From an uncultured virus (IMG/VR IMGVR_UViG_3300025009_000095) (taxonomy: Duplodnaviria > Heunggongvirae > Uroviricota > Caudoviricetes), in IMG/VR virus record IMGVR_UViG_3300025009_000095: a stretch of 64,000 nucleotides of DNA. The stretch is one strand, 5' to 3'. The notes under the pieces were generated by a model. The model had not been told where the DNA came from. It worked only from the letters and a program-made list of their open reading frames with translations, and searched no databases. This document shows, in pieces, positions 1 to 9,776 of the stretch. The position numbers and the translations under genes are program-made. Position 1 is the stretch's first letter; each line of letters begins with the position of its first letter.

Positions 1-250
1 TAGGGCTGCGGGGAATTATTCCCTAGCGGTAGGGTCGGGAGCCATAAACACAGCCGGAGCGTTGCCGTCCTTAATTCTTTCAGGAAATGTCTTTGGCACA
101 TCCCTAGCACCAGATAAACAATACGCGAACCAATCAACAGAGGATAGGCTTTCTCTCGGCGATATCGGAGCATACCGCTTTAGTGGAGTAACCAGATACA
201 AAATAGACAACTCCCACGTTAACGGTATTCAGGACGGAGTCGGGGAATGA
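1..250 (+). CDS. C-terminal fragment of a beta-helix/choice-of-anchor-Q-type protein (5' partial)
   Basis: Frame 2 is open from base 2: RAAGNYSLAVGSGAINTAG...GDIGAYR, matching the Y-x-L-x3-S-x-AI...DIGAY pattern at the end of parallel beta-helix proteins. Confidence 0.55.
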   Translation, partial: RAAGNYSLAVGSGAINTAGALPSLILSGNVFGTSLAPDKQYANQSTEDRLSLGDIGAYRFSGVTRYKIDNSHVNGIQDGVGE

Positions 251-267
251 ATTTACAAGGAAATATT

Positions 268-993
268 ATGAAAACATTTTTAACTACACTGGTAGTTGGC
301 TGCTTCTTTAGCGCCGTTTCGTATGCCGGTGAAATATCGCTATCAGGCAGCGGAACCATGGAGCTCAACGGAACTGGCACGGTAGCTATAGAAGGTGGAT
401 CAGCTCCAGCATACCGCGCTTTACTTGAGGGCGACGAAACGAACGGGGCACCGCTTGCATACGGGACAGGCACAGTTACGAAAGTCAACGCTGCAAATAT
501 CACGTTTACTGAGGCTTCTCAGGGCGTAGGGTTCGACCTTGATGGTGCGACTGATGATATCGTGTCTGTCGGGGTTGCAAATATCAATCCAGACAAATTT
601 CGAATAACGTTCAAGTTCGGTAAGACAGATCAAACCCATGATAATTATGGTAAATTCTTTTGCTTAGGCGCTGAGCAGATACAGTTTATGACCTTGGTTT
701 CCAGCCTCGATTTACAGATAGATTACAACGGAGTCACAATATGGAAAAACATCACGACCACAACATCTTTATTCATAGGGGTTCATGATGTGGAGGTCAA
801 CCTTGATAATGCCACTGACACTGTGTCCGTATACATAGATAACGTGTTGATCACAAATGAGGTTTCTGCTACATGGCCGGGAAACATTGCAACACCAGGT
901 TCGCTTTTTCTCGGCAACAGGTCAACTGGGGACAGGTCGGCTGGCGGAAGAATGGCTGACATCACGATATACGACACACTGAGAGGGGAGTAA
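268..993 (+). CDS. Exported LamG/concanavalin A-like domain protein
   Basis: ATG at 268 after AAGG; signal peptide MKTFLTTLVVGCFFSAVSYA; LamG-like motifs FDLDGATD, VSVYIDN, LFLGNR, GRMADITIYD. Confidence 0.6.
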   Translation: MKTFLTTLVVGCFFSAVSYAGEISLSGSGTMELNGTGTVAIEGGSAPAYRALLEGDETNGAPLAYGTGTVTKVNAANITFTEASQGVGFDLDGATDDIVSVGVANINPDKFRITFKFGKTDQTHDNYGKFFCLGAEQIQFMTLVSSLDLQIDYNGVTIWKNITTTTSLFIGVHDVEVNLDNATDTVSVYIDNVLITNEVSATWPGNIATPGSLFLGNRSTGDRSAGGRMADITIYDTLRGE

Positions 994-2699
994 TGAAGAA
1001 AGCGTATATCATTGCAGGAATGTTACTTATATTGCCAGCACTCTCCCATGCGGCTACACCATGCACTACTAAGACCCTCACAATACAAGGGAAGAACTTC
1101 ACGTTCGATTTTAATTCTGCTGGTGGATCGGCACTGTGTGGCCAGTTCGCAAATCTCGACTGGTGGGTCGCTCCTGCTGTCGGGCAGTCTACTGTTACAG
1201 TCACTGGGGTAACGACAACATCGGATAATTTCATATCTGCTGACGTTGACCCGATAATGGAGTCCATGGGTCTCCGAACGGAGAGTCAGAATTACGGAAA
1301 CTATAGTGCGGCACAGGATATCATTCCCGCGTTGCCACAGTCGTATTCTGGTATAAACTCTATTGTCGCTGCTCTCGAAAAGAATCAGGCCGTTGACGGA
1401 CAGTGCGGCACATCCTCAATTTTAGGGGGGTGTCTATATGTTTATGCAGTTCTTACTATTCTCCCCTCCGTCCCCTCCAATGAAGGAATAGATATGTTGC
1501 GGCCCAACATAACTGGAGAAACGAAAGAAGTAATCACTTGGTCAGACCTCGACCTTACCAGACTTCCGGCGAAGTCTTATTTCCCTGCAAAGACTGAAGC
1601 TGATCTTGAAGTTATCAGGGAGAGGTGGGCGCATAACACGGAAATATTCTCGCTTGATTCTATTGATGGCATGTTCAGTGAAGGCGGCAGAGCGTTTCGT
1701 TCAGAGTTGGTATCGGATGACTATGGTGCTGACAATGGCGGGTATCTTAACAATGGCTTTGTGGCGGTGATGAGTTCTGGAAATACGATTGAGCAGAAGA
1801 AACCAGCCTTAGCGTCGTTACTTTCTTACGGACTGGATATATATCATGCGATGTACGATGCGCCCGTAGGCAGAGAGCGATATTGGGCCGCTGGCGCATC
1901 TCAGGCAGTCGGCAAAGTTACAGCGCCATATTTTCTCGGGGCGTTATTGACCGATGAGACAATAATGGACAAGCTCAAGTTGGAACCAACACGGCTGCAT
2001 GAGTTTGATTATCTGAGAGGGCCACTTGAGCTAGGGCAGATACAGAAGGGAACCGATGCGGCTCCTGTCTGGGGCACTTATGAGACAAACAATGACTTAT
2101 ATTGGGCCGGTGTTGTCTTAGCCCAGAAATATGACGGCGGCACCGGAGCCGGAGGCAACACCAATCAAAAACAAAATTGGGACCCATATGGATACATCGA
2201 CGGTCCTACGGTCTATGGCCCCGCATCTGGATATTTTTCTTCCTCTCGCGGTCCGATGAAAGCACTGGCTGCATTTATGCACATCATGCCTGAGATGTGC
2301 GAGGTAGTAAACTACCCACGGCTCACTACGTTTATCGACCGAGTTGAAAACAGCGGGATACATGCATATCCGGACCCATGCACAACCCCTGACTCCAGGG
2401 ACGTTGCGACCAATTGCCTCCCAGGACAGTCCGGGACGTGCACCTACTATGGCATTACATGGGGGGATGATGGTTCAGGGAACTGCATCACCACTCCCGC
2501 TGCGGGGTACAATAAGGTTGGCCGGTATGTTGATGGGTTTCATGGCCAACCAGACGCAATTGACAGGCAGCAAGCCGATATCGAAGCGGCGTGGACAACG
2601 ATCAGATCAGAATCAGTATGCGGCAGCGGAACACCTGCAAGAATTCGTTACGTTTGGCCAGGCGGGGCGCACGTAACCGGGGCTACTGATTCCGAGTGA
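993..2699 (+). CDS. Exported Cys-rich protein of unknown function
   Basis: 568-aa ORF coupled to the previous gene (TAATG); signal peptide MKKAYIIAGMLLILPALSHA; several paired Cys. Confidence 0.6.
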   Translation: MKKAYIIAGMLLILPALSHAATPCTTKTLTIQGKNFTFDFNSAGGSALCGQFANLDWWVAPAVGQSTVTVTGVTTTSDNFISADVDPIMESMGLRTESQNYGNYSAAQDIIPALPQSYSGINSIVAALEKNQAVDGQCGTSSILGGCLYVYAVLTILPSVPSNEGIDMLRPNITGETKEVITWSDLDLTRLPAKSYFPAKTEADLEVIRERWAHNTEIFSLDSIDGMFSEGGRAFRSELVSDDYGADNGGYLNNGFVAVMSSGNTIEQKKPALASLLSYGLDIYHAMYDAPVGRERYWAAGASQAVGKVTAPYFLGALLTDETIMDKLKLEPTRLHEFDYLRGPLELGQIQKGTDAAPVWGTYETNNDLYWAGVVLAQKYDGGTGAGGNTNQKQNWDPYGYIDGPTVYGPASGYFSSSRGPMKALAAFMHIMPEMCEVVNYPRLTTFIDRVENSGIHAYPDPCTTPDSRDVATNCLPGQSGTCTYYGITWGDDGSGNCITTPAAGYNKVGRYVDGFHGQPDAIDRQQADIEAAWTTIRSESVCGSGTPARIRYVWPGGAHVTGATDSE

Positions 2700-2733
2700 C
2701 GGAATAAAAACAATTAACTAAAGGAGAGATGAA

Positions 2734-3477
2734 ATGAAAGAAACTGACTGGACAAGGAATGTTGGGATAGGCTTATGGCTTTTGGTTTTGTTTTTGGTGA
2801 GCTTGCCGGGATGCGGAACAATAAAGATAACAAGTATCGAAGGTAACATGGGATCTAAAGCTCCTACTACTTCAAAAGATGTTACAGCTGATCCTCTATG
2901 CGGCGATCAAACTATTATAGTCATCGACTCTGGTGGTATGGATTCTCAGCAAGAGGGTGCACTTGGTAGTCAGGGAGCCAATGCTGCGACTGGCGGTATG
3001 ACAGATGCGGTAGCAAAATGGTGGCAGGATTTAAGAAAAACAAATTCAGATAATCCGACGACGACCAACACGACCACCACAAACACCTACAACGTAAGTG
3101 ATAAAGAGGGAACGCTTCAGGATGACTTGAAAGTATCTCCTGGTAATGATGTTCCAAGTGGAGACGTAGACTTCCTTCATGCAAAATCCTATAAAGCATA
3201 TGGGCAGCGCAATGGTGGAAGATGGGCTTGGAGGATACCTGAGCAAGGACCAGATTTCGGGAGCAAAATCAAGGTTGTGTTCTCCGATGGGCATACTGTT
3301 TATGTAGAAGATACTTCTCATAATTATCGTGAAAGTGACGGTTTTGTGTTCAAGCCAGGCCTCGGTCCGAACGGGGAAGGAGAAGCTGATACTGGTACAT
3401 CTCATCATGGAGTTTATCTGCACGCTCCGTACAAAAATAACAGTCAGGATGTAACATTTTATTTTAACGGAAAATGA
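2734..3477 (+). CDS. Putative lipoprotein
   Basis: AAGGAG RBS; hydrophobic stretch ending in lipobox-like LPG-C; Thr-rich linker. Confidence 0.6.
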   Translation: MKETDWTRNVGIGLWLLVLFLVSLPGCGTIKITSIEGNMGSKAPTTSKDVTADPLCGDQTIIVIDSGGMDSQQEGALGSQGANAATGGMTDAVAKWWQDLRKTNSDNPTTTNTTTTNTYNVSDKEGTLQDDLKVSPGNDVPSGDVDFLHAKSYKAYGQRNGGRWAWRIPEQGPDFGSKIKVVFSDGHTVYVEDTSHNYRESDGFVFKPGLGPNGEGEADTGTSHHGVYLHAPYKNNSQDVTFYFNGK

Positions 3478-3755
3478 CTGTCTGCGAGTACTGTTTAACT
3501 GAATTTCATGGTAGAACATTTTGTCCAGAGTGTGGAGTGAGTATTTTGGAGACACGAACGATAGCAGATGAAAGCTTACTGGATATAACGATGCGGGGTG
3601 TTAAAGATCGGTATGCTCAATGCGGTGAACTGTTTTGCTTTGCTTATGATATTATGGGAAAGTTACCTGATATATGGTGTCCTCACTTTCAGCAAATTAA
3701 TGGAAAGAAGACTTGTGATAACTGTGGTACTACTAACAAAGAGGTGAGTAGATGA
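3474..3755 (+). CDS. Small zinc-binding protein
   Basis: Multiple CxxC pairs; ATGA overlap with upstream gene. Confidence 0.5.
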   Translation: MTVCEYCLTEFHGRTFCPECGVSILETRTIADESLLDITMRGVKDRYAQCGELFCFAYDIMGKLPDIWCPHFQQINGKKTCDNCGTTNKEVSR

Positions 3756-4111
3756 ATCTGAAGTTCATGACAGATGTATTTAGAGTAGGTCAGCAAGTTA
3801 GAAATCCAGAGACATGGAAAAACGCGGGCACAATGTTTGCTACAGTAACTGGTCTTCTAGGTATTTCATTTGCGGTTCTAAGGCACTTTGGGTATGTTAC
3901 AGTTGAACTTACTGCTACAGATGCTGAAGTAATAGCAGGAATCTTGATATCTCTTGGAAGTCTTTTCCATATCATCTGGACAAAGATAACGAGTAAGAAG
4001 GTGGGCGTCCCTGGACTAGATAAAGCCGAGCCTGCACCTTCAATACCTGTTAAAGCTGAAAAACTCGAAAGACCAGCTACATCAGGTCAAAGTGAGGCAT
4101 TACGTGGATAA
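3752..4111 (+). CDS. Holin-like membrane protein (2 TM)
   Basis: Two hydrophobic helices and a charged C-terminal tail; late-operon position. Confidence 0.5.
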   Translation: MNLKFMTDVFRVGQQVRNPETWKNAGTMFATVTGLLGISFAVLRHFGYVTVELTATDAEVIAGILISLGSLFHIIWTKITSKKVGVPGLDKAEPAPSIPVKAEKLERPATSGQSEALRG

Positions 4112-4424
4112 TGAGCTAAAGGTTTATCATACACGGCGTAATAGTTTAACTCCAGAAGACTTAGAAGATATAACAGCTATATTTGAGTCCATACAACATA
4201 AAAAGCATTCAGTTGAAGATTGCCGATTTTCGAGCATAACACCTGAAGAGCTTAGAGTTATCATTGAAGGCAATAAAAAGTTTAATGCTATAATGGATGA
4301 TAGCAAGAGTATTATCCGACGATTCTTTACTGTGTTAATTTTATCTGGGTTATCTGGTATTATAATTGCTGGAGTGTGGTCTAAGTTTTCAGCCTCAGTA
4401 AAACGTGTTATAGTTGGTGAATAA
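4092..4424 (+). CDS. Small membrane protein (single C-terminal TM), possible lysis accessory
   Basis: FFTVLILSGLSGIIIAGVW helix; follows the holin-like gene. Confidence 0.45.
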   Translation: MRHYVDNELKVYHTRRNSLTPEDLEDITAIFESIQHKKHSVEDCRFSSITPEELRVIIEGNKKFNAIMDDSKSIIRRFFTVLILSGLSGIIIAGVWSKFSASVKRVIVGE

Positions 4425-4425
4425 T

Positions 4426-4638
4426 ATGGAACAACTTGAGCAGGCAGAGAGATTTGAATCATTGCACCGAGAACATGCTATCATCGCAATCAGATCACAG
4501 TTACAAATAGGTGAATCAAGAACTCACTGCGAAGAATGCGATGATCTTATTCCTGAGTTACGACGAGCTGCTGTTCCTGGTTGTAAGTTGTGTATAGATT
4601 GTGCAGAAGAAAAGGAGCGGTTAAATAATGTCATATAA
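4426..4638 (+). CDS. TraR/DksA C4-type zinc finger protein
   Basis: CEECDDLIPELRRAAVPGCKLCIDC is the canonical DksA/TraR finger. Confidence 0.85.
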   Translation: MEQLEQAERFESLHREHAIIAIRSQLQIGESRTHCEECDDLIPELRRAAVPGCKLCIDCAEEKERLNNVI

Positions 4639-4867
4639 ACCTGGTGATTATTTAGTAATCTGTGATCAATGTGGTTTTCAGCGTTACGCATCTGAATGCA
4701 GAATGACTTGGGATAAATTATTTGTTTGTGCTGATACATGTTGGGAAGAGAAACATCCACATTATACTGATCCAAAACCATTGGGTGATAAGCAAAGTGT
4801 TCCTGTGTATCGTCCTGAACCAGAAGAAAATTTTATAACTACTCAAATAACGCAGGAAGATTTATAA
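4628..4867 (+). CDS. Small Cys-containing phage late protein
   Basis: ICDQCGF...VCADTCWE; overlaps the previous gene. Confidence 0.55.
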   Translation: MSYKPGDYLVICDQCGFQRYASECRMTWDKLFVCADTCWEEKHPHYTDPKPLGDKQSVPVYRPEPEENFITTQITQEDL

Positions 4868-4875
4868 GGAAATTT

Positions 4876-5544
4876 ATGGCTACTTTTATTGAGTTAAAAA
4901 ATAAAGTTAATGTCCTTGTTGATGATTCTTCTTTAGCTGCTTCTTTGGGTGGTTTTATTAATCAGGGAGTTTCTGAGATTGCTGGTGGGATGCCTTCGTT
5001 GCTAGATGGGATTGCTAATCCACTGCCAAATGTACTTACTCCACCATTACCAGAATTATTTACTATAGATACTGTAGAAACATCTACTGTAGCTGCTTTT
5101 GTAACTATGCCTACTAATTTTCAACGAGAGTTACAATTTGTATCTTCTTCATCGGGAAGTGAGATTGACATAGCACATTCATTTATAGAGTTTGCAGAAA
5201 CGTATCCGTTGTTAAATAAGGTAGGTAATATTTCTGAAGTTATTGAACATGGAAAGAAATTATATTATCAAGGTATTCCTGCTAGTGCTGAAACATTAAC
5301 ACTGCATTATTATAGAAAACCTGTTGATATGATTACTGATACAGCTGTTCCTGATGGAATTCCAGAGCATTTACAAGTATCTCTTTTGGTAAATTTTGCT
5401 GCCTGGAAAGCTCAGGAGCATCTTGAAGATGGTATAGAAGGTGAGACACCGAATACGATTAAGTTTAAAAATCTTTTTCTTGAAGCGATGAGAACTTTTG
5501 AATTAACTCTTCCATCTTATTCACGCGGATTTATGCTTAAATAA
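4876..5544 (+). CDS. Putative head-tail adaptor
   Basis: MATFIELK start and LHYYRKP...DGIPEHL motif typical of podovirus adaptors; first gene of tail block. Confidence 0.55.
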   Translation: MATFIELKNKVNVLVDDSSLAASLGGFINQGVSEIAGGMPSLLDGIANPLPNVLTPPLPELFTIDTVETSTVAAFVTMPTNFQRELQFVSSSSGSEIDIAHSFIEFAETYPLLNKVGNISEVIEHGKKLYYQGIPASAETLTLHYYRKPVDMITDTAVPDGIPEHLQVSLLVNFAAWKAQEHLEDGIEGETPNTIKFKNLFLEAMRTFELTLPSYSRGFMLK

Positions 5545-5549
5545 ATATT

Positions 5550-6479
5550 ATGATTGAAACAGTTAAGATAATTTCCAAATGTACTGGAATAAATAATAAA
5601 ATAGATCCAAAAAGATTGAATGAGAATGTTCAAGAAACTGGATCAGCAGATATAGCTGAAGGTGTAAATGTTAATATTGATGATTCTGGTCAAATCATAA
5701 GCAGACCGGGACAACTTGAGATTTCATCTGTACCTTCGCAAGTTTGGTGTGATAAGGCAGAAGGTTTTCAAGTTCAGCAACGAATCAGTGATGCGGCAAT
5801 ATTTCAACTCAATCCTGATGCAAGTGTTCCTGCAACTCCAGTTGTTACAGGATTAGTTAAAGGACAGAGACTTGGTTTTTGGCAAGCAGGTGATAAAACT
5901 TACTGGTCAAGCCTTTCAGCACATGGACTTATTGTTGATGGAATAAACTACGATTGGCCAGGATATAATCATGTTGGAGCAGCAACACAGAAAGTTTTTT
6001 ATCCTGCTCCTTACGGTAATAAGATATGTATCTTCAAAGGAAGAATGTGGATTGCAATTGGCAAGGAGATATGGGTTTCTGAATATTTAGCGTTTGGTAA
6101 GTTTAGACTTGCTGCGATGGTTCTTCCATTTGTATCAGATGTCCTGATGATGAAACCTGTTGAGGGTGGTGTATGGGTATCTGATAGTGAGAAGATTTGG
6201 TTTCTTGCTGATGAAGGAAAGTTTGAATCACTGAAGTGGATCAAGAAAGCTTCCTTTCCTGCTCATGAATTTTCAGAAAATATTGAATTGACTGATTACT
6301 CTGATACATATCTTCAAATACTTGGCTTGTGCGCTACATGGGGAAGTAACGAAGGTAAGTGTATTGGTACTCCTGATGGGCGTTTGATTGTTCCTACGAA
6401 AAATAAACTTTATTATCCGACCGGAACACAAGGCTGTACTGTTGTCGATGGTCATAATATAATTAATTCGGTGTGGTAA
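5550..6479 (+). CDS. Tail protein (nozzle/stabilisation-like)
   Basis: GINN...NVNIDDSGQIISRPG N-terminus; beta-rich; follows the adaptor. Confidence 0.5.
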   Translation: MIETVKIISKCTGINNKIDPKRLNENVQETGSADIAEGVNVNIDDSGQIISRPGQLEISSVPSQVWCDKAEGFQVQQRISDAAIFQLNPDASVPATPVVTGLVKGQRLGFWQAGDKTYWSSLSAHGLIVDGINYDWPGYNHVGAATQKVFYPAPYGNKICIFKGRMWIAIGKEIWVSEYLAFGKFRLAAMVLPFVSDVLMMKPVEGGVWVSDSEKIWFLADEGKFESLKWIKKASFPAHEFSENIELTDYSDTYLQILGLCATWGSNEGKCIGTPDGRLIVPTKNKLYYPTGTQGCTVVDGHNIINSVW

Positions 6480-6480
6480 T

Positions 6481-7938
6481 ATGGCATATACAGAAGCAAC
6501 TGCAATAGTTCCAATTGAACAACGAAGTACTGATGATATAGCTAGGATTCATGATCCATGGCCTGCAGTTACTCCGTCTGCTCCATATACGCTGATCAAT
6601 GAGAAGTTTGATCGGACGATGGAAGTGGCTGAGGAATATCTTATTAAACTGAATGGTGTTGATGGAAACTCTGGGTATCTTGGGACACTGAATAGCCTGA
6701 TTACATCTTATGCACTTCCAACAGATTTACCTACACTGACGATTGATATTGATATTACAACACCAACAGCAGGAGTATCACCACCAACCGCTAATCTTAC
6801 TGGTGTAGATATTACATTTGATTCATTTGATGTTACTGCACCTGTACCTATTGTCCTGCCTACTATTGATACAAGTAGTCTTGCATTGATTACACCTCCT
6901 GATTCAGGTATTACTACAACTATCAATTGGACAGAGATACCATTATCTAGCACTTTGTATGACCTGCTCGTAGCCAGGATCATAGCAGATATTACTACTG
7001 GTGCAACTGGTCTTGCTCCTGGAATTTTAGAAGATGAATTTGCTCAAACTTTAGCTCGGCAAGCAATTGAAGATGATAAAGCTCAATTAGAGATTGAAGA
7101 ATATTTCAGTTCAAGAGGATGTGAGCTCCCAACAGGTATGTTTGCCGCTAGACTTGCGGAACATCTTAATGAAAGACAGCGTAAAACAGCAGATGTTAAT
7201 GTAAGTCTTACGAGGATCAATGCTGATTTAGCACAGAAAAACTCGCAGTTCATAATTGAACGTGCCTCGGCAATAGAAAAAATGTTACGAGATTCTCGCG
7301 ATGCAGAATCGAACCGCAAGCTTGATAAGGAAAAATCACAGGTTCAATTTATTCTTCAGAAGTTTGCTGAACAAGTTCGTGCTTATATTGGCGAGATGGA
7401 GGCTACAAAGATTTATATTGAAGCTCAAGTTTCAGCATTGCAGGGCGCAGTTGAATATAATAAGGGACTTGTTCAAGTTTATGCAGCACAGGCAGATGTA
7501 CATGAAACTCTTATTAATGCTCAAGCTAAGGCGAATGATGCCATAGTCAGTGTGTACGATGCCGAGATTCGTGGATATGAGGCAGAGTCTAAAGCATTAA
7601 ATGCTGACAAGATGGTTGTAGTGGAGAACAACAAAGCTATTATTGCCAAGGCAGAAGTTGAACTGCGAGCAATTATCGCGAAGATTGATAACTCAATTGA
7701 GGGTTATAAGACTGAAGCAATGCTTAAAGAGCGTGTAACAAATGACATGGCCACTATTACTACACAAATTGTTGCATCAATGGCAAGCTCTACTAATGTC
7801 AACGCTTCGATGGGTTATACTGGTAGTGAGAGCAGAACTGAGGGATACGATCATAATGAATCAATATCTCAATCTGTCCACTTCAGTCAGTCAATCAGTG
7901 AAGATCATAGTTATCCACATGAACCAGCAGCAGTATGA
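6481..7938 (+). CDS. Virion structural protein with long coiled coil
   Basis: 485 aa; Pro/Thr-rich region, then helical A/E/K-rich region; tail-block context. Confidence 0.5.
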   Translation: MAYTEATAIVPIEQRSTDDIARIHDPWPAVTPSAPYTLINEKFDRTMEVAEEYLIKLNGVDGNSGYLGTLNSLITSYALPTDLPTLTIDIDITTPTAGVSPPTANLTGVDITFDSFDVTAPVPIVLPTIDTSSLALITPPDSGITTTINWTEIPLSSTLYDLLVARIIADITTGATGLAPGILEDEFAQTLARQAIEDDKAQLEIEEYFSSRGCELPTGMFAARLAEHLNERQRKTADVNVSLTRINADLAQKNSQFIIERASAIEKMLRDSRDAESNRKLDKEKSQVQFILQKFAEQVRAYIGEMEATKIYIEAQVSALQGAVEYNKGLVQVYAAQADVHETLINAQAKANDAIVSVYDAEIRGYEAESKALNADKMVVVENNKAIIAKAEVELRAIIAKIDNSIEGYKTEAMLKERVTNDMATITTQIVASMASSTNVNASMGYTGSESRTEGYDHNESISQSVHFSQSISEDHSYPHEPAAV

Positions 7939-9749
7939 GAGAACCAAAAATCACCACTACTGGCAATCGCTTTGCTGCGCAGAGATTCTATAAAGAAGCT
8001 CGTGAACAAATGCGAGAACTCAAGCGGAGTATGAAGCCGGGCAAGCTCCAGCAGAATAAACTGGAAAAGCGTCCCTATCCTGGTGTGGTGATTTCTTGTC
8101 ATTCATGGATGGGAAATGATACAGTAAATATTCATGTTGATCCTGTTCTTGTTCCTATTAAAGCAGGCAAGCAAGAATTTAAAATACTTGAAGAATTTTT
8201 TTGGTATGCTTTTAATGTATCAAGGACTGGTAGCACAGTATATTCTGGAGGAAATATTCTTCTTGGAATAGGAACTGATTCATTTGGTAATTCTTATGTT
8301 GGTGGTGGATCAAATCTTGGTGCTGATTCATGGACAACCAGAGCGCCAATCATTATTAAGTATGATAAAGATGGTGTATTTCAATGGCGTAAGGTTGTTA
8401 ATGGTGGAAGTGGCATGGATCAGATACAAGCACTTTCATACGAAAATCCAGCAGGAAATATTTATGCAGGATATATTCAAGAAAATTCTTTGCGAGGCGA
8501 TAATCCTGATGCATATGTTGTTAAGTATCAAAAGGATGGAACACTTGTATGGCAACAGAAATTAACTCATAGTGATCCGACTATTGCAATTTTTATAAAC
8601 GGATGTGCGTTAGATGTTAATGTTTCAGATAGCAGTCTTACATGCTGTGCAATATGTGGAATGCTTATTCATTATGATGCTTGTATGTATCGTACATATT
8701 TAACTCAGTTTGCTGCTGATGGATCATTGAATTGGCAAAGAAATATTGGTTTATTTGTTGATGGAGATCCGCGAGATTGTGAGTCTGGTGGCGCTTGGTC
8801 AGATGGGGAATCAACAACAGATGGCTTACAAAGGATTGAAGAACCGTGTCAACTCAGATCTTGCTCAGTAGATGCTAGTGGAGATATTTATGGTGTAGGC
8901 CATATTTATGGTATTGGAAGTGTTGTACCTTCAGGTCTTATCATGAAGTTTTCATCAAGCGGTACATTGGTATGGAAACGAGCAATTAATGGGTTCAGGT
9001 TTCAGAACAATGAACTGATTGGCGTGTATAGTAAGGGACTTTATTTGATAGATAATTGTATTGATGCTGAAGGAAATATTTATATATCTGGATATACTCA
9101 AGTTAATTCTGTTCATCGTTGTCATTCTCATGTTTTTAAGTTTGATTCAGATGGAGATCTTTTATGGGGAAAGTCATCGTCTGCATATATGAATGGGGCT
9201 TATGATGTTGATCCTGCTGGAAATATTGCTGTTAGTCCTGGTGGAGTATTTGTTCTTTTTCCAAAAGATAATGTTGGTGGTCTGACATATGGAATGACAC
9301 TGACAAAACTTAATCCGATAGATGGAACTACTATATGGTCACGATATTTGCGAATGCCAGAATTTTCAATTGGAGGAAGTTCTTTTTCTGGCATTAGGCC
9401 ACAAGGGATAGAAGTTAGAAATAACTGTCTTCACATTATTGCTGATATTGAAACAACAGAAATTACAGTAACTATGAAACTTCCTTCTGCTGTAATTCCA
9501 GTTGGAAGATTTCAACAACTTGATGTAAGAGTATCGTCTGATGTTTTTTCAGATATTGAAGATATAGAATACATTGAAGAAGAGGAAGGAGATGGACATT
9601 ACTTTTTTGAGATACAATCAGTATTTGATCTAGACATCAGCGCAGGTGATTTGACAAAATCAACCGTAACAACAGGTGATACTTCAACAGATACTTGGGG
9701 AAGAACAGATAAGATTTTTGTTAAGAAGAAAGAAATTGAAGTTGTATAA
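7935..9749 (+). CDS. Beta-propeller repeat virion protein
   Basis: Repeats D-x-x-GN-I/S-Y...K-Y/F-x-x-DG-x-L-x-W (SBBP-like). Confidence 0.6.
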   Translation: MREPKITTTGNRFAAQRFYKEAREQMRELKRSMKPGKLQQNKLEKRPYPGVVISCHSWMGNDTVNIHVDPVLVPIKAGKQEFKILEEFFWYAFNVSRTGSTVYSGGNILLGIGTDSFGNSYVGGGSNLGADSWTTRAPIIIKYDKDGVFQWRKVVNGGSGMDQIQALSYENPAGNIYAGYIQENSLRGDNPDAYVVKYQKDGTLVWQQKLTHSDPTIAIFINGCALDVNVSDSSLTCCAICGMLIHYDACMYRTYLTQFAADGSLNWQRNIGLFVDGDPRDCESGGAWSDGESTTDGLQRIEEPCQLRSCSVDASGDIYGVGHIYGIGSVVPSGLIMKFSSSGTLVWKRAINGFRFQNNELIGVYSKGLYLIDNCIDAEGNIYISGYTQVNSVHRCHSHVFKFDSDGDLLWGKSSSAYMNGAYDVDPAGNIAVSPGGVFVLFPKDNVGGLTYGMTLTKLNPIDGTTIWSRYLRMPEFSIGGSSFSGIRPQGIEVRNNCLHIIADIETTEITVTMKLPSAVIPVGRFQQLDVRVSSDVFSDIEDIEYIEEEEGDGHYFFEIQSVFDLDISAGDLTKSTVTTGDTSTDTWGRTDKIFVKKKEIEVV

Positions 9750-9776
9750 TATTAATTCAAATTATGTGGTGAAAAA

